From Macrostomum lignano (lineage: Eukaryota): a stretch of DNA of 45,492 nt. The notes beneath the pieces were generated by a model that saw only the letters and a list, made by a program, of their open reading frames with translations, made no database searches and was not told where the DNA came from. The position numbers and the translations under genes are program-made. Of this stretch, positions 32,660-44,500 are shown one piece after another (position 1 is the first letter of the stretch; each line of letters opens with the position of its first letter). The stretch is from contig NIVC01001929.1 in NCBI GenBank assembly GCA_002269645.1, positions 1 to 45,492 of the forward strand. Direction: 5' to 3'.

Positions 32660-33414
32660 AGTGTCTTAGTGTCTTAGTGTCTTGGTGTCTGGTCACCTTT
32701 TCCCTGGTCTTAGTGTCTTGGTGTCTTAGTGTCTTAGTGTCTTGGTGTCTTAGTGTCTTAGTGTCTTAGTGTCTTAGTGTCTTGGTGTCTGGTCACCTTT
32801 TCCCTGGTCTTAGTGTCTTGGTGTCTTAGTGTCTTAGTGTCTTAGTGTCTTGGTGTCTTAGTGTCTTAGTGTCTTAGTGTCTTGGTGTCTTAGTGTCTTA
32901 GTGTCTTAGTGTCTTGGTGTCTTAGTGTCTTGGTGTCTTAGTGTCTTGGTGTCTTAGTGTCTTGGTGTCTTAGTGTCTTGGTGTCTGGTCACCTTTTCCC
33001 TGGTCTTAGTGTCTTGGTGTCTTAGTGTCTTAGTGTCTTGGTGTCTTAGTGTCTTAGTGTCTTGGTGTCTTAGTGTCTTAGTGTCTTAGTGTCTTAGTGT
33101 CTTGGTGTCTTAGTGTCTTAGTGTCTTGGTGTCTTGGTGTCTTAGTGTCTTGGTGTCTTAGTGTCTTGGTGTCTTAGTGTCTTAGTGTCTTGGTGTCTTA
33201 GTGTCTTGGTGTCTTAGTGTCTTAGTGTCTTAGTGTCTTGGTGTCTTAGTGTCTTGGTGTGTCTTGGTGTCTTAGTGTCTTAGTGTCTTGGAGTCTTGGT
33301 GTCTTAGTGTCTTAGTGTCTTGGAGTCTTGGTGTCTTAGTGTCTTAGTGTCTTAGTGTCTTAGTGTCTTAGTGTCTTGGTGTCTTAGTGTATTAGTGTCT
33401 TAGTGTCTAGTGTC
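32660..33414. repeat. 8-bp satellite GTGTCTT(A/G) with an interspersed GTGTCTGGTCACCTTTTCCCTGGTCTTA unit
   Basis: Seen directly. The longer insert recurs three times (about 32685, 32785 and 32983). Confidence 0.96.
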
Positions 33415-33421
33415 TAGGGTC

Positions 33422-33663
<242 letters not shown>

Positions 33664-34431
33664 CATAAAATGTGGTAAATCTATAACCGATTAGAAGATA
33701 TACAACTAGAAATATAAAAGAAAAGGTGGAAATAAGAAAGTCTCTTCTAGATTTCAGCTTTCGGGTTGATCAAACAAGTCTTTAACAGCGCCGGTATAAA
33801 AATCTTTCCACTTCTTTCCATCGGAACAGATTAAACTAAATGGATTGCTGCGTGTTTTAAGAAAGACATTGAACTCGTTAAGGATCTTCGTCTGTTTAGT
33901 TAGATGGATTTCATTCGAGAGCAATCCCGACTATGCATGCATTTTCGTGATTTGCTAAGCCACCCGGAGCCTGTTGAGAAAATGAAAATTGTGAAAAGTA
34001 GTACATTTATTATTAATAGTAACATTAGCTTTACTTTCAAAAAGTTTCGAAAAGCTTGGTGTTGAGTTTTGCAGCTGTAGGGGCAAATAATGAGCTAGAG
34101 AAAAAAAATGATAAATCGATTAATTACAATAACACGAATACAACGAAAAAACCTAGCATAAATTATTCTGAAGTTTCTTTGCTCTACTAATAGTAGAAAT
34201 ATAAGGGAAATACGCTAAGAAAAGAATCAATAAAACATGTCTGATTTAAGTTAATTAGTGATACTAGAAGTGCTAAAAAACATATTTTATAACTAAAAGC
34301 TATATGTGATGAAAAATTGTTTAGCAAAAAATGCCTCATTTCGGCTAGCAAACTTCGTAGGCCCCAGCAATCCAGGATATTTCTTCATTGAAGACGCACG
34401 GGAGGGTGTTAGACTATGCTGTTATGCTGCT

Positions 34432-34740
34432 GTGCTCCGGTGTCCGCAGCGCGGTCCCACTCTGGAGAGTCCAGGAGATGGATTGTCGCTCGCCCGGTAG
34501 CTCTTAAGTAGCGGACGAGCTGGCAGAGATTCTCGGGCCTGAACGTCGGAGAGGTCCGGGTTTGGGCCAAGGTAGGTGAGCCTGTCCTGAGTAAAGGCGA
34601 GGCATTCACAGATGAAGTGCTCCGCATCCTCGACACCGGAGAGGCAGAAGGGGCATTCCTCACTGCGGATTTTTCCATGGTCACCGCCCTGATGTCCCTA
34701 CAGATGAGTCCAAGCAGGGCTCGCGGTAGCGGAGATAAGC
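34432..34740 (-). mobile_element. 5'-truncated non-LTR retrotransposon (LINE) ORF2 3' end with a CCHC zinc knuckle; frameshifted
   Basis: The minus strand 34655-34602 encodes [18 protein letters not shown] (C-x2-C-x8-H-x4-C), then [11 protein letters not shown] and, after a frameshift, [14 protein letters not shown]. Segment 34435-34508 matches the reverse complement of 14130-14210. Confidence 0.75.
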
Positions 34741-35340
34741 TACTGGTAGTGATAATCTCCGCAAGTTTTAAAACTAGGGAATAGACAAGGCGAACATTAA
34801 GAGTGTATTACAGATGGACTAATAACTTTTTAGAGCCTAGCGCCTTTGATACATGCATATGTTGATTATTCTATGCACTGTATGGTATAGCATAGTACAG
34901 CATTGAGTAGGAACTAACTATGCTGGATGAAAAGATAAAAATTCCTATTGCACATCGTGAGGCAGCTTTTCCTATCGATAAAGGGAAGAAAGGAAGTCAG
35001 AGAAAAATCTATTAAAAATTCCCCCAGCAACTGCATCGCCACTGAGCCGGTTGCTACAGCAAACAATGAGCCAGTAAATCGATTCATCAAAGCCGTTCAA
35101 TTATTTTGTCATTTTTTCTGCTAAAAGCAACACAGATTCTCGCCTCTAGGAGACAACAATCCATCCAAACGCATTTTGTGTCTACACTAAAATTGAATCG
35201 AATCATTTTTGCTAAAAGCTCATGCATCCATCCAGCCATCCGACACAATGGGTCCCGATAACAATAGCCCCGCTAGATAGCTGAAATCCAGATACAAGAT
35301 CCCCATTTGTATTCCCCTTCCTTTAGCCCCCATCCCTCCC

Positions 35341-35355
35341 GTTGCCAATAGCAAC
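35341..35355. promoter_or_regulatory. RFX X-box upstream of the polycystin-1-like gene
   Basis: GTTGCC-AAT-AGCAAC fits the consensus GTNRCC(N0-3)RGYAAC and lies 245 nt upstream of the ATG at 35586. Confidence 0.6.
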
Positions 35356-35585
35356 CGGTAAACAATCAAAGCCCCGCTCCAATGTCAGCAGCCAGATTTT
35401 CTCGCCCACTCCTCGCCCTACCAAAATCGATAAAGAGTGGCGCAATTCCGAGCCGTCATCTTCCTGTGAGGATTTGAGGATTAATTTGAGACGATTTCGC
35501 GTTTTTTCTCGAAAATTATCTTCCCGTCCCGTCCTTAAGCTGATATTTGTCCTAAGTTTAAGTTTGAAAAGTTGAAGACAAGCAG

Positions 35586-38500
35586 ATGGCTTTGGAGCAG
35601 TTGCTGCAGTTTCTGCTGCTGGTGCTGGTAGCCTGCGGGAACTTTGTCGGTTTTGCAGGTGAGAGCCATTCACTCTAGGCTTTTAATGTGACTGTTCATC
35701 ACTCCTCTTCTATGCGCGTTTCTTTTGCATTTCCAGACGGCTCCCCGTATCCCTGCAAGCAGCTGCACACTGCCGGCAGCGCTATGCGCGAATTCCGAGC
35801 TAGCCCCGGTGTTGTTGCCATGGCAACCAGCGACCCGACTGACAACTGCCTGCTCGCCTGCCGGCAGATTGATTACAGGTAGGGTATTGACTAGAGCTTC
35901 TCTGGGCTATAGATTAGCAATCCGTTTTATTCCTTCATCCGTGATGGCTATAGATTAGCAATCCATTCTATTCCTTCATCCGCGATGGCTTTAGATTAGC
36001 AATCCATTCTATTCCTTCATCCGTGATGGCTATAGATTAGCAATCCATTCTATTCCTTCATCCGCGATGGCTTTAGATTAGCAATCCATTCTATTCCTTC
36101 ATCAGTAATGGCTATAGATTAGCAATCCGTTTTATTCCTTCATCCGCGATGGCTATAGATTAGCAATCCGTTCCAGTTGCTTATCCATGGACTATAGATT
36201 AGCAATCCATTCTGTTCCTTCATCCGTGTTGGCTATAGATTAGCAATCCATTCTATTCCTTCATCCGTGTTGGTTATAGATTAGCAATCCATTCTGTTCC
36301 TTCATCCGCGATGGCTATAGATTAGCAATCAACTCCGGCACCTCATCAGCACAGCAGCATCAGCTCTCTCTCTCCCCTCCGTCCAGCTTCGCCCTGTGGA
36401 ACAATCTCACCTGCCAGTGCAGCAACGCCTCCGTCGCTGCCCTGCCCGACGCCGCCGCTGACTACTGCGTGCCGGGCACCTGCGAGGTCGCTGACTGGTC
36501 GGAGACTGCGGCCTGCTTCATCAACTGGACCTTTGTGGGCACCGTGTTCTCGACGCCGGTCTTCAAGACAGTCGCTATGCGGTTGTCCGGTTGTAAGTGT
36601 CCGACTGCGAGGAGCTATGAAGGGGTTGGAAATCCCAACTTAGTTCGGGATTCGAACACTGGGTTAGAACGGAAAAGTTAGAAACTAAGACGGGATTCGA
36701 ATCGATCAAATAAGTACTGAGATGGGATTCGAATAGAGGAGTCTGGAGCTGAGATGAGATTCGAATAGAGGAGTCTGGAGCTGAGATGCGATTCGAATAG
36801 AAGAGTCGAGAGATGAGATGGGATTCGAATAGAAGAGTCGATAGTTGAGATAAGATTCGAATAGAATAGTCGGGAGCTGAGATGAGATTCGAATAGAGGA
36901 GTCGGGAGATGAGATGGGATTCGAATAGAGGAGTCTGGAGATGAGATGGGATTCGAATAGGGGATTCGGAAGATGAGATGGGATTCGAATAGAAGAGTCA
37001 AGAGATGAGATGGGATTCGAATAGAAGAGTCGGTAGATGAGATGGGATTTGAATAGGGGAGTCGGGAGATGAGATGAGATTCGAATAGAATAGTCGAGAG
37101 CTGAGATGAGATTCGAATAGGTGAGTCGGGAGATGAGATGGGATTCGAATAGAGGAGTCGAGAGATGAGATGGGATTCGAATAGAGGAGTCGGGAGCTGA
37201 GATGGAATTCGAATAGAAGAGTCAAGAGATGAGATGGGATTCGAATAGAAGAGTCGGTAGATGAGATGGGATTCGAATAGAACAGTCGGGAGCTGAGATG
37301 AGATTCGAATAGAAGAGTCGGGAGCTGAGATGGGATTCGAATAGGGGAGTCGGAAGATGAGATGGGATTCGAATAGTGGAGTCTGGAGATGAGATGGGAT
37401 TCGAATAGGGGAGTCGAGAGATGAGATGGGATTCGAATAGTGGAGTCGGGAGATGAGATGGGATTCGAATAGAGGAGTCAGGAGATGAGATGGGATTCGA
37501 ATAGAGGAGTCAGGAGATGAGATGGGATTCGAATAGGGGAGTTCGGGGCTATAAGATTATAAACTAAATAACTGAATTTGCTACCAACTGCTGCAGCCCC
37601 TGAAGACGCCATCACAGCCGGTGACACGGTGGACATTGAAATCGACATGAACAGTGGCGAGGCCACTTTGCTGGACCACTCGGAGTGGGCGGACTCGCAG
37701 CTGGCGATGCGGCAGCGAAACCAGGCTGGAACTGAGACCAGCGTGCCTGTCTGGGAAAACTCGCTGGGTCAGTGTTGCCAAGCTGACAGCTACAAGATAA
37801 CTACTGTAATGACTTGAAGTACAGCGGTGATCACGTGACCCATGCCCTCCCGCAGGACAAAAAGCTCTCCTGCACGCAGAGGTGCAGCAGCCCAAATTTT
37901 ACGACTCTCCGATGTCGCTGACCGCGGTGCGCCGGGTTCAGCAGCGCGTCAGTGCAGCTGGCAGCATCGAGGTCTCGGCCGGCGAGTCCACGGACGGCAA
38001 AGCCACCTGGGGCACCGAGGTGACCATCACGGCGCCGTTCCAGATGGGCTCAAACATGACGGCTCGAATTGACTTTGCGAATGGCAGGACGGTGGCCATC
38101 GGAGGGCTCAGTGAGTGAAATTTTTATACGTTTAACCTTGGAATAGAAAATACTTGACACGGTATTTTGCAGTTCACACCCTACTGGAAGCCTATCCTAT
38201 TGCTTATTGCTCATGTTTTAAAAAAATAACTTTATGGACAAACTTAATTCTGTCTGTGGCCTAACCTTGGCTATGTACTCAGCCTGCTACACCTCGAGAC
38301 GGTCAGTATTGTCAATGGCTAGGACCCAAAGAACCCACAGTGAAATCTTTGTGGAAAATATTATGTACAGTATAAGCGACATGTTTCGCCTCGCCTCCGG
38401 CATCGTCAGGCTCTTAAAGAATTAGAAAACAGGTCGATCAGAGTCAGAAAATGTACAGTTAACTGACAGTCGATTGCACAATAAATCCAGTAATTGATTG

Positions 38501-41500
38501 TCAGTTCATCCACCCAGTATTTCTGCAAATAACCGCCCGCCTCCTGGACCAACCTGCGATGGCAGACGCGGCTCCGGTGAACTTTCGCCAAGCGGAGAGC
38601 CAGCAGTCCTACACAGCGGACACGCGGCCAGCCGGTCTGGTTCTGCTCAACTATGACGTCAGCGTGCCGTGTACCGTCACTGGAGTGGCCTTCCATGCTA
38701 ATGTGTCGGCTGGTGGCAGCTTCGATGTTCAAGTGAGCACTCGTAGCATTGCGTTCACTACCTGTGCCGCAATAGCTAAATTAGACTGATCTAAGTATGA
38801 TTTTGATTTTCCATACATCGCTTACTCAATTGCGATTTGTCGAACAGCTAAAGCCAACATTTGCTTTGAAATACAGTAGTGTGAAACTAGCATTTCCTGC
38901 TTGTCTCTACTCAGATGTGCTGTGCAAAGGGCCTGTCAACTTAAGCTCATAAAGTGGAGCCCGAGTAACCTATGTACACAAATGATCCGTCATTCTGTTC
39001 ACAGTGACACCAGGAAGCTGGATTTGGCAAAAAGCGACGAATATTGGACTTGGGATGGGGGAGACACACAATGGGATAATTAGGGATTATTATGTAAACT
39101 TGAGCGCATAAGGTGGAGTCCTTAATTATCCCCTTTCCTGTTCTCTCAACCCAAGTCCAATTTTTGTCACTTTGTTTTCAAATCCAGCTTCCTGGTGTCA
39201 CTGTAAACAGAATGACGTATCATTTGTGACATAAGCTACTCGGGCTCCACATTATGAGTTTAAGTTGACAGACAGGCCCTTTGTGATTCCACCTTGGTAA
39301 AATAAATAGCTACTTGCTTCATTTAGGGTTTTGAAGTCCAGAAGGGAGTAATTTGTCTTCTATTTGTGCAATAAAACTGAATCTAACTGTCTCATCAACT
39401 TGTCCGCCAGGTCCTGCGGCCCCAGTGCCCCGACGGCAGCACCTACTGCTACGTGAGCAACGCCTGCTTGGCAGTCGGTCAGTCCTGCGGTCGCCAGCCC
39501 AGCGTGCGCAGCTTCGCCTGCATCGGCGGCGACCGATGGAGCCTTCAGAAGCGGCGGTGCTCGAATGCCGCTGGACCGGCCAGCCAGTTCCCCATCTTTG
39601 CCGGCCAGCTGTTGAGCATCAAACGGGTGCAGCTGACAGTCGCCAGCGCCGGCTTCAACTCGCTGCAGCTGAACGCCAGCCAAGAGCAGCACCTGCATCT
39701 GCTGCCCGGCGACATCTTGGCCGTGTCCGATCCTGGCCAGGCAGTGTCCGTGCGCGAGCAGCAGCCTCGGCCGGACTACTTTGTTGAGTCATCTGGCATC
39801 GCGGACAATGCCACCAGCCTGGCGGCCACCGCAGCGCCGCCTTCGACGCTCGGCCTCGCCAAGTCGGTCGAGTTTTTCGGCTACCGGGGTGGCAGCGTGA
39901 GAGCCAGCGCCGTCCTGGGAAATAACACCTGCTCCGGCGGAAGCCACCTGGACTGCCCCGACGAGTACATGTACAACGTGAGCGTGACATTTGCAAATCA
40001 CCTGGCCGATACGGCTGTGCTCAGCAGGCTGGTCCGGGTGCAGGTGCCAATACTGGGCGTGAGAATCGTGACTAACGCCACTCACTGTGAGTTGCAAAAA
40101 TGTTTTTAGACTTCATTTCCAGTTACAAGAGGATGCAATAAATTACGAAATCCATTGCAGACAAAACCAACGCAATAGTCAGCTTCTACGTTCTCCAGCA
40201 CCAAGGCAGCCAGCCATTGTACACTTGGAACTTCACGGATGGCACTCGAACAGGTCCGGAGTTGCAGCAGCAGTGGAACTTCACCAGCCCGGGACCCCGA
40301 ACTGTGCAGACTGAGTCGACCAACTATATTTCTGGAAATTGGTCAAACATATTGGTGAGGGAACATCGACAATATAAAGTAACGTAACGTGCATTTTGTT
40401 GTATCAAAAACAACCCAATACGAGTAATAAATTAAATCTGTTTCAGCTCATCTACGTACAAAACCCGGTGACGACCGACAAAGTCTACTGGAACGTCAGC
40501 GAGCTGCTCGGGCTGACTTCGTCAGGCCCAGTAAATGGCGTCGCTACGCTCTTCTGCGACAACAGTGCCGAGTTCCTGCCCACAAACGCGTCAGTCATCC
40601 TTGACTTTGGAGACGGAACTCCAGCGAGCTCTGGCCTGCTTACCTGGGACCCAACAACTGACAGAGAAGCCTTCAATCACCCTTACACCAAGAGAGGAAC
40701 ATACAATGCGACAGCAATAGTTGAAAATCAGGTTTCCCGCATTGAACTCAAGCAGTCGGTTGTCGTTCAAGAAATTATTTTCGAAGCTCAGATTGAGACA
40801 CTTAGCTCAACTTTCGCGAAGTCTCCGCTGCAAACGCTTGCCCAGTTCAATGTTAGCGTGCAGTTCGGCTCGGACTTCACGGCTGATGCTGACTTTGGCG
40901 ACGGACACACAGTGACGGTGCCAGATCAGGGAGCGAACCGGTGGTTCACGCTGACCCACAACTTCACTGTGCCTGGCAACTACACTGTCACGGTTCGGCT
41001 GCAGAATCGAGTTGGCTCCGTCACCTGTTCAACAGAGATTAGCATTGTGATTGGCGATCCCCGCGAGTTCCTGCTTGCTCTGCGCGATCCATCGCCCCTG
41101 CTGCTGCCGGGTCCAACGTACCAGCTGCCTGTCCCGATACTGCTCTGTAGAAATCGGACTGTCGACACGCCGCAGCCTCTGTTCGACATCAACCTCACAC
41201 TTTCGCTAAACAATACGGCTGCTTCAATGAGAACTGAGCACTTAATCCAATGTACAGCAGGTACTGCTGCTCAGGACGCCGCGTGCGCAGCTGTAAATTC
41301 GGAGTTCAGATTCTGCTTTGCACTCGAGCTGACACTGGGAGACCCTGAAACTATTAGAGCGCTGCTCACCATTCCGAGCCGGCTTTCCGACCAGACGTCG
41401 CAGCTAATCTTCTTGCTGCTCCCCGACCTATTGGCAACCACAATCCAGGCCAATTTACACCCCGATTTCGCCCTCGACAGTCTGAAAATGTCGGCTGCCG

Positions 41501-44500
41501 CCAGGCAGATTTTCCCCATGGAGAAAGCGGTCAAGTTTGTCCTGACGATTCCCTTCTTTGGCAGGAGCCCCGTCACCTGCCAGTGGGACTTTGGCGATAG
41601 TAGCTTGGCAACGAATTCTCTCGCTCAGGTGGAACACTCGTACAATAGGCCTGGAAATTACTCAATTTCTGTCAACGTTTCGAACGCAATCAGCTGGAAA
41701 GTAGTCACTATTTCGATCACTGTGCAAAAGTCCATATTTGGCATCGGCCTGAATGCTGAAGAATCGAATGGTATAAACGCTGCGAATCCGGTCTTGGTCA
41801 ACCTGGGCACGCCCGGCACAGAGGCCTGCTATCAAATCGACTTCTCGGCTTGGGGCTCAGCACTCAGCGACGGGATCAGCTACCATGTATTTGGTTACAG
41901 GCCATTCTGCGAGTCAAGCGGCCTATTCCAGATGGGCATGAACAGTGTATGGATGACTGACCTAACGGACTTTTACAATCGAGTTTACAACGCCTCTGTC
42001 CATGGCCAACCAACTGGGGGAAACGGAATCCTCAGCAAAAGTGTAGCACAGGAGGGCGCAAAAAATGTCACATTCTTTGCTGCAAACACGGTTTCCCGTG
42101 AGACGCATTCTTGGCTGATGGCGGTGGGCAAGGGCCGCTGCGTCTATCCGACGTCGTATCTATCCCGCTGGACAGCTCCGAGGTACATGCGGAATACCAT
42201 GATACAGTTGGAGAGCAACCTCGTGATCAACTGCTTTAGTACGAGCGTCACTGTTCGCTGGACAATTGAAGTCTACAATGCTACGGAGAATAGTTGGAAA
42301 AGCTACGCTCCGAAGTTAACCGCATTCTTCAACAACTATCCTGAACTCACTGGCAACATGTCATTTTCATATTACTCTGACGGCGTCATGTACGAAAATC
42401 TGAACCTTCATCTCCGCAGTCTGAATCTGCCAGCCTTCAGCCTTCGGGCGATGCGAACTTACCGCGTGACCTTTCAAGCATTCATGACAATCCTGCCATT
42501 GCTGAAAGTTGAAGAGAGTGTGGTATTCGAAGTGATCACTGGCGCTCTGCAGCCCTGTCTCAAGACAGCCGTTTATGACAATGAGCAGAAGCAATGGTTC
42601 CAGACGGGAAGTCAAATTCAAACAATGTGGGGAAATCCGGTCTCTCTTGACCCAACCTGCAGCTCAAATCCAAATCTGTTTCTCGAAGGTGGCGAGGTCA
42701 GCGACCTGAAGTATGAGTTTTACTGCTACCGCAGCTGCGAGCCCAGGATCATGCTGGACTCGAATCTTCAATACGACATCAACTGGCAGGGCCACGGCTG
42801 TCCCGATAGCTCAGCCAGCGGTGGCTATCTACGCGGCTGCTTTCTGGCGAACATCTGGAGCACGTATGTACACCGGCTGAAGGCCCTGAATCTCTCTAGT
42901 TGGCAGGTCGACTTAGCCAACTCCCAGTTCAGTGATCCGGGCATACAGGCCATCTACGAGGATTCTGCGTTCGCTAACTGGCGCACGGACAGCCTGAGTG
43001 GCAAGTACAACCACCTATACTACATGGACGGCGAAGTATTGAGATTGAATACGAACTACATGTTTGAACTTGACGACCACGTGCTGCTCATGGTGGTGAG
43101 AGACGCAGCACACCCGGATGTTCCACCGGTCATGTCCAGGATTACGCTTAGCTTAACGAGGGGACCATCGCCAATGATTGGTGTTCAGTGAGTGCAATCT
43201 CCGTGAAAAGTTTTCTGCACATCTTTAGTTCATGTTATGGAACCCGACCTTCTCTAGTCGGCAGGTCGACAGTTTTCGTCAAAACTGATAGATTCACAAT
43301 TAAGTACTTTTGCTTTTTTATTTGCAGGTGCGTGAGCAACTGCATGGCGAGAAATTTCAGCAACTCTTGCAACGCGGATGCCATCATGGTCAACCAGGAT
43401 ATTCCACTGAAGTTCCAATCATTCATTTCTAACTATGTGCCCAGCGTTAAGTATCATTTTAGGTGGCAGCTTTCGCGACTCGACACTCCTTTTGGCACCT
43501 GTCCGACGGAACTCAGCAGTGCTAATATCACTGCGTACCTGGATTCGCTGGAGGCTGATGGCAGCTTGGCTCGTTGGAATATTGTGGGTAAGCATGCCTT
43601 TGCGTTTTTGACTTGAAAGGCCCAAAGGGGTTGGCTGTCCGTGCTAATAGAGGAGTTGCATCCTATATAGTGTTTAGAGCGTCTGACTCACGACTGAAAG
43701 GTCGGGGTTCGATTCCAGAATCCCGACCCACTCGGAACAATTTATGTCCTTGAGTGAGACACTTAACTCTGCATTGCTTCATTCGAATTAGCTGGGGTAT
43801 TTGAGGCTGTGTGGCGACCCCCCAGTCCTTGGTCTGAACAGCCGTACGCAGCCTCAGATGCACCGCGCAATAGCTGCGGCTAAGTTGTCTGTTGCATTAG
43901 TGCAGGTGTAATAAATTATTAGTAACATTACTAGGAAGGACATGTTTTGTTTCGTTTTAAATTAAAAACTACGTATTAATTTTTCTACTAAAATTTTTCA
44001 GGAGGACGCGACTACACACAAACTGGTAAGATTGTTTTTATTTAAAAGTATTCATGGTCTGCGTTAAGTAGTCACGGTGAAATACTGCTATTGTTAATGC
44101 ATTGAAAATGTAGGCATTGAGTCATCCGGCATGTCGCTGATCTGCAAAGGCTTCTTCCAGCCGATCAGTGGGTACTATATTCTGCGCATCAAGTCCTGGC
44201 GAGGCAACTCGTCGGAAAACTACGGCTACCAAGTGGTCTACCTTGCTATTAACGACGTACCGAATGTGGCCTCGCTGGCTGTCACCGTCACGCCGAGCCA
44301 GGGCGTCTCCGTACTGGACAAATTTCAATTGAGTGCACAGGAGCCTCCGATTCTGACGAACCGCTGACGTACACCATAGGCTACTCGCAGCTACCCAGTC
44401 CAACCAGCATGCAGCAGTGCTCACCGATCGCCATCTGTGAGTTTGATTTGCAGTCGTGGGGTTTCTAACGCCGCAACAAAGCACATTGGATTTATAAATT

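Noticed and set aside
36690-37540. Heat-shock-element array (repeated TTCGAA)
   Set aside because: An HSE needs nTTCnnGAAn spacing. Here TTC and GAA are adjacent and occur once per unit.
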